Source: Laetmonice hystrix | Lineage: Eukaryota | Direction of reading: 5' to 3' | Assembly (NCBI GenBank): GCA_965235115.1 | Contig: OZ249439.1 | Span: 7,440,001 to 7,504,000, forward strand | Length of the DNA: 64,000 bases | Shown: in pieces, positions 42,967 to 54,172 of the stretch | How the letters are laid out: every line of letters begins with the position of its first letter | Position numbering within the stretch: the stretch's first letter is position 1 | Made by a program: the position numbers and the translations under genes | The notes under the pieces: model-generated | Database searches by the model: none | What the model was told of the DNA's origin: nothing | The model's input: the letters and a program-made list of their open reading frames with translations, nothing else

Positions 42967-43299
42967 TCCATTCAGTTCGTTATTTATTGTTATCCTGCGC
43001 AACTAACTGGGCTCCGTGAAAATGATCTTGTGGTTTGCGGGAGTATGACGGAGAGTGAAAATAGCTTGACAAATTTACAGACCTGAAAGCCTGCATAGTC
43101 TATTCTTTTTTAAAAGTATTTTTAACTGATTGTGTAATGCTGCAAGTGTAATTTGAGCCCTTGTTGGTCTTGTTCTTGGAACTGACTGATCAGATCATAT
43201 CATTCAGTCGGAGCAGAGCGCGTGCCGGTAGGGGTCGCTAGCGGTCGCCGCTGATCACTGCTGGTCCTCATGTCGTGATCTGCAGGCCTCGCGCTGTCA

Positions 43300-45144
43300 C
43301 TCACTCATGCCGGACGCAGGGTGTCATCATCCCACTGTCACGGCCTCCCATCACAGACCCCTGGCGTTAAGTTACATGCGCACTGCAATTGCTTTTTATT
43401 TATTCATTCCCAGTCCAGCTCAGTGTCTAGTATAAATATTGTAATAAAGCATTAGTGTCCTGCTTATATGACCTGCGTACACTGCCTTTTCAAAACAATA
43501 TCTCAAAATGGCGTCGCAAGGCGAGTAGGATCCGTGTTATCTGGTGATAAAAAACCATCAACCTACCTGCTCACATTGACGTTGCGACTCCCTAGGTGGT
43601 TGGTAAGTATCCAAAGGATAGGTCGCTACGGGGTTCCACTACCAAAACTGCATGTAATTGAGAGGAATGGAATTTCCATCAACTCGTGTTGCCCTGGGAT
43701 TCAAGAAATTCTCCTCAGTATTGAAGCTGGCGACAGTCTGACGGGAAGCCACACCACAGAATCCACAACTCTTAAATCCCTACACCTCTCCTTCCGCTGA
43801 ACCAGATATCGTGAGAAGTAACTGATATAAACCTGACTAAATCTATTCTTTCTATAGAAACAGTCCAATTTCTGCACCGAAACAGACTACTCCTTGGCAT
43901 AACCTTCCAAGGGTAGGATAAAATACATCACTGTAATCTGGGATTATATCAATGGCGCAATGCGAAAGACGGAAGTGAGTAAATAGGCAAGAGCAAGTGC
44001 GCGGACTTTTGCGTGACGTCACAATCTTGGCGACAGTCAGTCGGATCTCTGACCCGGCTCGGGAGGCAAGAGGCGGGGAGATTTTTGTGAAAGTATTTAA
44101 CAGATTCCATGCAATATTACTGTACCCTGAATAAAGGTTTAGATTTATAGTTTATCTGTCAGTAAAATCGCCTTTCCATGGCATCATTAGGTGTAGATAA
44201 ACGCATTTTGAGCACGAGGCGATGCTTCGCGCGGTCAAATATCCCACCACGGATTCATCAGCTGTAAAATTTCTCTCGAGAATAGCGGAGAATCTGCGAG
44301 ATTCAATATGGCAGCCTCCAGTGAACGTGGAAATGAATGATTGTAAACAGTGGCAGTGCAGCTGATTGATCCTCCGAGTCAAATTGAGGACTTGGTGGTT
44401 GGTCTTTAAGCGTCGGACTGGGCAGACTCAGTAAGATAGGATAAGTTTTCAGCATTCAGACCCACACTCATGCACTGAACGTTTGTGGCTACACAACTTC
44501 ACAAGTCACAATGGTCGTCACAACAACCTGTGTGACACAGTGTGTCTGTTCACTGTTTTAAGATACTGTTAATGAGTGTTAGTTACACCATAGAACTAGA
44601 CAAGTCAGTCTAGTTCTATGGTTACACTATCAATCATGTTGCATGACTGGTATATACGGACTGTACTGCCACAGAAGTTTGTAACGGGGAGGAGGTAGAC
44701 TATCTAAACTAAAGCCCATTGACCACCCAAAAATTCTGCGAGTATATGCAAGTAGGCATAGGCCGTAGTATAGGCCGTAGCCTCCATACGTGTGATCTAC
44801 GATAAGCTGATAAGCCAATGAGAGACCAATTCAAAAGAAGCAAAGAAATCTCAATATTGGCATGTCGTCACAATCCGTAGTTACGTACACTACCAATAGA
44901 CCCCTTGCATGTTTACAAACATTGGTGACGTAGGCGGCTAAGCCACCAATCAGAAACTTCAGTAAGGTTTCCGACAGGTGGCGGGACCGCCCATTTTCTT
45001 TGTTTTTTGCACCCAAGCTGCACACGCCTCATGTTGCTGATGTCACGTGCAAGGGGTCTATATTTTGATGGAGGAAAAAAGTGCACTAAAAACGAGGATG
45101 CTGTAAATAAAAAATTAAGATTATTTTCGTGAAATGTGTCCCAG
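43300..45144. promoter_or_regulatory. Divergent Smad / GSTCD promoter region
   Basis: ETS CGGAAGTG 43970-43977; CRE TGACGTCA 44014-44021; ATTGG 44921 and CCAAT 44946; GGCGGGA 44980; GTCACGTG 45042-45049. GSTCD UTR donor after 45144 (acceptor 45201-45202). Candidate minus-strand Smad UTR donors near 43304 and 43566. Confidence 0.55.
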
Positions 45145-45230
45145 GTATGTGATTTCATAATTATTGTTTATAAATGAATGATGTGTTCTTTTTATCTTTC
45201 AGAATATAAAGCGGGATCGGCACTGAAGGC

Positions 45231-48200
45231 ATGGCAGCAGATATATTGTATCTAGAAGGAGTTAAAAGTAATGATGGACACAGCACAGAGGATATCCTTT
45301 GTCCAGTTAGCAGCTACATCACTGTATTCCTGGTTAACTACTGCAAACCAAGACAGCTCCAAATAAACTTTGTGGCCAGTGGTCAGGCAGAGCCATCACT
45401 GACCATCAAACAACCCACACTTCCAGGTGTGGAGGTAAAATTTCTTACCGCTGACAAAGTTCCTCATTCTGTGCAGCAGTGTTGTTTACCAGCTGCTCAG
45501 CGAGGTTGTTTTACCAGGGCAGGTCTTTGTGCAGTATTAAGGAGCATTGTGAAGAAATGTGCTGACACAGATTCGGAAGGATCTCTCATAAGTCTGCTGG
45601 TATGTTATTCCTTGCATACGACCTGGCATGTTTACATACAGGAAGTGTATATTTAGATGGCAAAGGTGAAATAAGATTATCTTAATTTGACTAATTACCA
45701 AATCCAAACAAATTGCTTGGGTTAGGGTTAGGGCTAGTTTTATTTTTGTCTCAAATTGGGTGTTAATTAGGTGTTAATTGGATAGTCGGCTATATAGTCC
45801 TAGAGCATTGGCCAATAGGATTAAAGCTGAATGGTCACATGACCCTGCTAAATGTACACTGCCTTACATATGTTACACAACTTGAATGGCACAAGGCTCT
45901 TTTTTCATTAAAATTTGACACTCCCGAAAGAAGTGTGGGAAAATCAAATGTGCATTCCAGTTTGAAGTGTGGGGACTCAAACTCTACATGTAATAGTTTT
46001 TAGGCTTGAGTGTATTAAATACAAGAGATTTAAAGCGTCCTTCAAAAGAAATATGCTCACCAACATAATATCATTGTTTCAGGGTTACAAGGGTATTTGC
46101 TTGAAGTCCTGTGCTGAGGTTTCAGTATGGACCAAGTTTTGTGAAGTGGAAATGCCACAGTCCACCTCTAGTATACTTCAGCAAGACAAGTAAGATTCTA
46201 CATGCTATGTTCATGTCAAACATAGATCATGATTTTTAAATTATCTAGAAAAGCATTGTTTTTTTGTTGGCACTCACAAAGGAAATATTTTTCAGAGGTA
46301 CTAATCATCAAAGCAACAATCAGATGCTGCCCGAGTTGTTAAAGCTGGAGAACCACCTTAGGCAACCTTCCATCATACCAAATGTGAACAGAAAACTACA
46401 GCAAATCAGGAAGAAGCAACAAGAACAGAAAGGAAAGAGGGAAGCAGCTCTTGAGAAGACAGTTGAGGAGATGGAAGCATTATCTCTAACAGGACTAGAG
46501 CACTGTTATGCTGAGGGTACAGAGATGACGTTAACCGATCTCGTTCTCTACCCCTGCCTCACATGTATGCTGGTATGTCTTGACATGATTTTTTTTTGCC
46601 TTCTAAGAGCCAATTAGAAAATGTTTGTTAAATATATTAGAACTGCCATGAACAAAGACAGGACTTCTAGGTCTAGACTACATACAGAATGTTTAATTTG
46701 TAGAATTCAGGTGAAGCTTTCCTGCAATCCCAGATGGCACACCTCCCTAAAATACAGCAGTGGTACACCCGTATGAGCAACCTTCCATCTGTCTCAGAGC
46801 CAAGCACGAGATGTGGGCTGATGATTCCAGTGTTACATAATACAGATGGTTTAACAGACACACCCACGTCATACAAAATGCTCAACCCTTCCTTAGACAT
46901 CAGGTACAGTCTTATTATATCCAGTTTATCCCTTGGCTTCATTGCCAAGGAAACTTGGTCTGAATGATCTACTATCAGTAAATTGTAAGGGAATTAATAT
47001 TATAATCTAGCACAATGGAGTGTACACAAAGAAAATAGGGATACTCAAAAGATTGGCTAACTGTGAGTTCAGGTAAAAGTAAAATAGAGGTAGGCCTACT
47101 GTGAGGATTGAAGATGCACTAATTTACAGGTTGGTATTTCAGAGACCAGAACAAGAAAAAGGTAAAAGCCAGTGCAGCTGATGTCACAAAGACCTTGGAC
47201 AAACTTAAGGTAAGGGCTTGACCCATTTACTGCCCTACAAAGGTAAACCCCAGTAACTGACTTAAGACCCAAACTGAGAAAAATCAGTTTGAAGTTTGGC
47301 ATAAGGGTGTATTTTACCAGATACTGCAGAATCTGCCCATCTGTTTCTCGGAATTGGGGGCCTGTAGAACCAAGGCAGTTACTGCAAGGTACAAAAATGG
47401 CGATAACTCAATTTGACCCAATTAGTCAGATACTGCGGTTTACCTTTGGAGGGCAGCATACCTCTAAAGATTTAACTGAAACCTCAATCCTTAAAATTTT
47501 ACCTGCATCATTACCTGCATCAATTCATGATGTGGACATCAGATATGGGCTAGTATTCAATTTGTAGGCTGGCTTTGAAAGCTTTTAACATCTTGTCATT
47601 TTTCAGATAAATGGAGTAGTTGTTGCAGAGGATTGGCATCCATGTGGAAGCAATGTTCAGCTAGAGTGGAAAGAGTTGCCATCATCAGTACATCCTTCTG
47701 AAGGTCAGAGATTCTGGTTTTTGTGCAGTAACTTGAATATTTCACACAAAAAGTAAAAAAAATGACACTGAAGTTACCTCTTTTATTAGACCCATTTTAA
47801 ATAATTTTCATAAGTTTTGAACCTACTAGAAAATCAGACAAGCATGCTTTTCATTCAGCTATAGATAGGAAAGGGCAGACCCCTAATTCAAACTCTCTTT
47901 CAGGTGACTTGCCAGTGAGTCGTGCTGCACGTAAATGTCAACAATTGGAAAACCTGGCACAGGCTGTCCTTCATATTGCTGCTCCTGGAGATGTTATCGT
48001 GGACTTCTGTTCTGGTGGTGTACGTCTTCAAAACTTATACAATTTCTGGTTTATGTAATATACAATTTCTGGTTTATGTAATACATGTATAAGTAAAGTA
48101 GGACTTCACTGAAAAAGATTCTTACAAGTTACATTTCATCAGCTCCCCGAGTTCTAAATACCCTAGTATACAAGATTTACTTATCACAGCTGGTTTTAAA

Positions 48201-49778
48201 AGATTTGTGCGAGGAGAAAACATTTACTTTGGTGTTTTTTAGGGTCATCTTGGGATTGTGCTTGCTCATCTCCTGCCTCAGTGTCAAGTAGGTACACTCT
48301 CTGAGCTGCAGAAGCCAACTTAATTTTTTTATGCCCTTAAAAACTGTTGCAAAGTCAGTTTTCTTTAAAGCCATATAAAACAAAGTTTGTAAGTATTACC
48401 TGGGGTAAATGCCAGTTGGTTGCTCAACTAAAAGCCTGTTTGTAGGAAGAGCTAGTTTATTTACACAGAGTCCGATCACCTCCCCATCAGATTACAAACC
48501 TTTATAACAGGCCAGTTTTACAACTTATGCAATCACATGGATATCCTAGGTCGCTCTGGTGGAAAACAAAGAGGAGTCAATCTCCCGGGCACTCAGGCGA
48601 ATTCAAGACCTTCAACTGACTAATGTACAGCTCTATCAGGTGAGACATCTAAACTCGGGCAAATATCAAATTATGATCTTGGTAAGGCCTGAAATGTAAC
48701 TGAAAACTTTTAGATGTTTCAAAATAGCTAAATTATACAGATACAAGAAGCTTTGATCTGATCAGTCATGTACTACAATATTATGTTTGTCTTTACCCTG
48801 TCTTTACTAATTTACACTTTCCAGTGCAACATGGATTACTTTATTGGAAGATTTGATATTGGCGTCTGCCTTCATGCATGTGGTGTGGCTACCGACCTCG
48901 TCCTTCAGCGTTGTCTTGACAACGCAGCATCGTTTGTAATCTGCCCATGTTGCTATGGCAGCATCCAGAATACCCATACTGTGACCTATCCCCGAAGTGC
49001 AACCTTCAAGGATGCAAACATTAACTACAAGGTGACTGACCTGACTTTTTACAAGAACATAATGCCTGTCATGTGAATCCGAATGGTTACATTATAATGA
49101 ATAATGTACGCAGAGCAGAAGTTACCAGTATGATCATGTAATATTTCATGATTGCTACCAGTTTATTAAGGGCAACTATTGAAATTGAATTTCCTTGCCC
49201 AATGCCATTACAAAGATATTGCAAGGTTTAACTATATCAGACTTTTACTTATAAGAGAAGTGAAGAAAATGTGTATTCCTAGTATTTCACTCTCATGAAC
49301 TTTAATTTGACCAGATGCTGGTAATCTCTGAAGAAACATTGGGTGCTCCAAATTGTAAGTTGTAAATTGTTCTGGATCATTGGCAGGAGTACGTGGTACT
49401 CGGACATGCAGCAGACCAGACAGAAGTTGGAATCAAGCAGGCACTAGATGGTAAGAACCCTAGTATATCAGATTTGTGTGTATCACTGGGACCTTCTTTG
49501 GTATTCTATGTTCTCACTCTCTCCAGTATACATTCAACTAAAGAGATGGATCCAAGTTACCAATTCTAGAACAGAAAATGAGCAATTTTGTAATCGAGTT
49601 TATCTCATCCAGATATGATTTCACTGTGCATTTTTTTGTTTCAGGCAAACAATGTATGCTGACCATAGACACTGACCGGGCAAGCTTGGCAATGGCACAC
49701 GGGTACAAAGTTACACTGTGCTCTTTACATCCTTTGACTTGTTCCCCTAAAAACAATCTTCTTATTGGCACAAGGTGA
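45231..49778 (+). CDS. GSTCD: Glutathione S-transferase C-terminal domain-containing protein (GST-C-like plus SAM-dependent methyltransferase domain), 590 aa, 12 coding exons
   Basis: Exons 45231-45599, 46083-46189, 46296-46572, 46704-46903, 47143-47209, 47607-47703, 47904-48019, 48243-48287, 48550-48639, 48825-49031, 49387-49450, 49645-49778; phases consistent, 1773 nt. Motifs CLKSCAEVSVWTKFCE, YAEGTEMTLTDLVLYPC, RKCQQLENL...IVDFCSGGGHLGIVLAHLLPQCQV, LHACGVATD...CPCCYG, SPKNNLLIG. Confidence 0.93.
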
Positions 49779-50092
49779 CTGCCCAGAATGAATCCCACAG
49801 CTACTAGTATTTACCGGAAATCTTAAAACAGTGCTGATCATCAACCAGACTGCTAACATAAAAGATATCAATAACATAAAAGATGGAGTATTTCTAACAT
49901 GGTGCCAAATTCAACTGTGGTTGACAAGTCTCAACATTTGTTTTGAACATTATAATATAAAGATAATATTTAGTTGGATTGCTCACCACAGATTTAAATA
50001 CAAAACGGGGATCAATCAACAACAGTGAACGGACTAGAAATACTTCACAGGTGCTTTGTGAGAAAAATAAACTTGACAACGTTATGCCAACA

Positions 50093-52522
50093 TCATGTTG
50101 AGTCTTTTATAATTGCTTTCCAAGCTAGGCTTTGGCCAGTGTCAGCAAGTCTGTCCAGGGATTTCTTTACCACACTACTCAAGTAGGGCTTTGATGATTG
50201 TAGGTGTACAAAATGCTGAACTATCTCCTTATATGGCGGCCCGGTCACCCCTGGTGGACACCTGCAGTTAAAAATACAAAATGTTGTAAAACATTCATTT
50301 TAGATATCTGGTATGTTTTAATATCAGTATCTTTCACTTTAAAATGTACTTCTGTGTGTGATTTTTTTCTAAGTTCTGACAGAAACATATCAGAGACGTG
50401 CATCTTCATTCCAATTTCTTTGGGAAAGTATTCCCTTATTACCTCCATGTTGGACTGCCAGGTGGCGCCACTGGCATTAACACCATAGTGTTTGTAGCCT
50501 CCACTAGATGTCGCATATAAGAGGTGAAGAATATGAAAGAACTGGCAGCGACCTTGGACAAGAGTGGTTTAGATACATCCCAGATTCTGTAAAAGTCATA
50601 TCACACCAGTGTGTCAAAGAATTAAATTCCATGTAGCCATATAATCAAATGCCACAATAATAAAGGCCCTGCCAATGGTGTGCTTACCTGCAGTCTGACT
50701 TGGCTATCTGAAGGATGTAAGTAAGGATTAAACTGTCTGGATCTAGCAAGGATCTTTTCGTTTGACGTGTTTGGCACCCAGCACTCGCATCATTCACAAG
50801 GATACTATGCAGGAGGATTTCCTATAAATCCGTAAAATAAAATGATATCAATTGGGACCTTTTTACATCCTACAACTGCCGACCAGCAAACTTGCTACCT
50901 GGTCTGACACATCTAGAATTTACCTATAACTTTTGTGACAGATGTGCTTCTGTTTAATGGCTTGTATTGCTAAAATACCCATCATATCTCTATTCATTAT
51001 TTTGTCAGGGGTGTAACTTAGGCTCGATAACCTTACCAGTCCATGCTCTTGGTCTGCTATTTCCTTTAGCTTGCCTTCCAGGACATTAACTACCCTATAA
51101 AATAAAATAATCATCTTTTCGTGTCAATGCAAATGTTCCCCGATTACAAATCTCAGCATTCCAACTTGCACCTTTCAAAAGCCAAAGGGGAGCCTGGGAC
51201 AAAACGTAAAGTACCAGACCCTTTACCATCAGATTATAACATGTATATTAAAATGCTGGTCCTTTTCCATGGCTGCTGGTATCCCAAGCCCTGGGGTAGA
51301 TCAATTGCCCTCCCCCTCTAGGTGGTACTGTTGTATTTGTATATCAGACTGACCTTGTGCTCTCACCAGCAGACCTCAGAGTTTTTTTCATGTAGTTGTG
51401 AAGTAAACGGCCCTGGACTTGTAAACTCTCCTCTGGTAGTGGCTGTACAATAGACGGTTGAGTACTACTGCACTCCTCGTCAGGATGAGAATCTCTAGTC
51501 CAACCATTCTTAATGATATCAACAACTTTCACAGCTGACTTTATCTGGCTCATTTTGAAGCATGACTGAAAGAACGAAATAGAAGAGGTTTAGCAAACTT
51601 GGAACAGAATCACAAAAATGTCTGGTACCAAGGTCCTCAATCTTTTTGCCCACCCCTTTATTAAAGAAATGGTGCAACAGCTTGTATACCTGTATTAGAT
51701 GGTGCTGACCTCTGGTGAGACATGACTTCACTACCTGGTCATACAGATGGCTGCTAAGATGTTGGTTTTGGAGTAATGCCTAGGATGAAAGATACACTGA
51801 CACATTACATTTTGGTCAGTTACATCTATTTTTGGCAGAATGATAATAATCTGGAAATATTTGTGAATTTTCATAACTACAGTTGTGTCCAAATTGGAGA
51901 CCAAGCACAAAGCTTTGCAAAATCCCACAACTAGCCAATCTGTGCTTTGAGGATTTCCCTCAGTTACCATGGCAAATCGATGTTCACAATGATACCTTAG
52001 TGAGTAGGTCTTCCGAGTGCTCGAGTAAATTTAGTTTGATCCACATTCCACCCAGTGACCATGGCCGTCGGTTAAGCATCTGAACCCGCTCATCTAAATC
52101 TGAGGCATATGCCTTGCCCTTTGACTGTGTGAAGATCTTGAAAAACAGAATACAGATTTAAATAAGGAACTATGGACTATGGTGGAGGGTTGGTTGATTT
52201 CTTATACAAAACGATGAGTAGAGTAATATATTATTAGCACAATATCATTTATAGTGGGGCTTAAAGCTGGTTAGGGAAGTAGTAGGATTGGTCTAAATGA
52301 TTGCAAAATGAGAAAGTTTTCAAGGAAACTGATAAAGTAGATTGAATCGATGTCAAGATGAATGTAGATAATGTACAGTGGTACTACCTGTGCACAGTAT
52401 GCTGCCCATTTGAAGGCATTGAGTAAAGCTGTTGTATCCCAGTTACTGACCACTTGTAAGTGTGCTGCCTCCAGTACTTCTAGGTATGAATATATGTTTC
52501 TGAGAACAGTCTCAGCTGACAT
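50093..52522 (-). CDS. FANCF: Fanconi anemia group F protein-like, about 363 aa, 9 coding exons
   Basis: Exons (minus) 52388-52522, 51996-52136, 51690-51779, 51367-51565, 51172-51193 (22 nt, least certain), 51037-51094, 50688-50821, 50443-50586, 50093-50261; 1092 nt. N-terminus VSNWDTTALLNAFKWAAYC resembles human VSTWDPATVRRALQWARYL; C-terminus YKEIVQHFVHL...GQSLAWKAII resembles WEELHNRFQSL...GLSIWTDLL (human sequence recalled from memory). Confidence 0.78.
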
Positions 52523-52890
52523 TTTGTCTGAAACCCAAGAAACATGATAATTAAATCAATGCAGTGGTTATTTTGCCGGAAGACGGCAGGATTCTCGAAT
52601 GGCCTATTCCTGGCCCGCATGTGCACTTATTGCAGGTTTGGACAGTTTAGAAATGTTTCCTTCATACGAGTAACTCGGTCATAGTCACCAGTATACATGT
52701 AGTCAAGTGATACGATAGTCCTGCCAGCAAGCGTTCAACGTACATGTCAAGGGGGCGTGGGGTGGGGTGGGGTGGGTGGGTGGGTGGGGGGGGGCGGGGT
52801 ACACGTCGACGTCAGTCTGGGGCGGTGGGGGGGGGGGGGGCACTCACGCCAGTCCCGGGGGTCAGTCGGGGGGGGGGGGGGGGGCAGGTC

Positions 52891-52970
52891 AGGGGCCGTT
52901 CAAAAATTACGTAACACTATTTTGGGCCAAATCTGACACCCCCACCCCCTGTATGTAACGCTGCAGCCCC
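52891..52970 (+). mobile_element. Single terminus of a PIF/Harbinger-like MITE amid G/C tracts
   Basis: aggggccgttcaaaaattacgtaacac resembles GGGGCC-type TIRs; the partner TIR was not found. Confidence 0.35.
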
Positions 52971-53559
52971 CCCCACCCCCCCCCCCCCACCCCAGCGTGG
53001 TATATCGCCCATGATAACTTAAACCCCACGAAATTTGGTGGAAAGTAAAGATCCATGGCCCTGACCTTATCCCTAACCCCTAACCCCAGTCCCTACAGTA
53101 CACCTCCCAAAAACATATCCCTATCCCTATCCTTGACCTTAACCCTAACCACCTGCCCAAAGGCAAAGGCAAAGCCAAGGCCAAACATTTCGTGGAAAGT
53201 TATCATGGGGGAAGAACCCCCAGCGTACGTTCAGTTTGGGGGTCAGTCCAGAAGGGGATCAGTTCAGTTCAGGGGGCTTAGTCGGGGGGCAGTTGGGGGG
53301 GGGGGGGCATGACATTATTATGGGCCTTGGCGGGGTTCAGCGCAGATTGCCACTGCCAGCTTGCCTGCTTGAGACTGAGTTTGACTGACTGAGTCAGCGT
53401 GTCGCCTAGCCCTAGGCCTAACGTTAGCCCTAGCCGAACGGACGAGGCTCTGTGACTAATTCGCCCTATTCTTTAGTTAAAATCCCAATATTCTTGGTAA
53501 ACAGTGCACGGTTACTCATGATCCTGACCAAGGACTAGGTCCTATCCCGAGCGGGTATG

Positions 53560-54172
53560 CTTACCGGGAGGCGGGAAAATAGCAGCATTTGAAGCTATCT
53601 GCCAGCTTGCACCTGCTGGCCTAACATTTCGACACACTTGCGCCACCTGGTGAGTATGACATTTCGACGGAAATACCCGTTGCGCATGCGGGAATTCCTG
53701 GGCGAAAATAGCAGCATTTGAAGGGTGTTGTTTACCTTGGGAACATAATTTGTCTTTTATTTATAGCGGTATTTACACTAGTTATCTCGACCAAACGCTC
53801 CATCCCTGAAATCAGCTGGCTAGCGGGGAACAGTGACAGGGTCGGTGACACAGTCTGTGTCGTGTGTGGCTAGCCGCCGTAGCCGGGACTGGTGACAGTC
53901 GTGTGGTGACACTGACACAAAGTGACACTGACAGTCTGTCAAAATCTCACCTGTTCCCGGCGGCGGTGGCGGCGGCTGCGACCTCGCCCCGCGGACGGCA
54001 GCCCGACCCAAAGTAAGGACGGGACTGACCCGATTGCGACCCACGGAGAATTAAAATGGAACCAGTTTAACATGAAGGAGTTATACGGTACCTAGATCTA
54101 CCAGGATAATTTAGAATAATGTCTTAAATTAACAGCGGGTGATTGCAGGCGTGGCAGATTGACCGATTCAAT
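53560..54172. promoter_or_regulatory. Divergent FANCF / kinase promoter
   Basis: E2F-type GGCGGGAAAA 53570-53579; 20-bp direct repeat gaaaatagcagcatttgaag (53575-53594 and 53704-53723); minus-strand donors near 53564 (GTAAGC) and 53950 (GTGAGA); GC-rich stretch. Confidence 0.55.
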
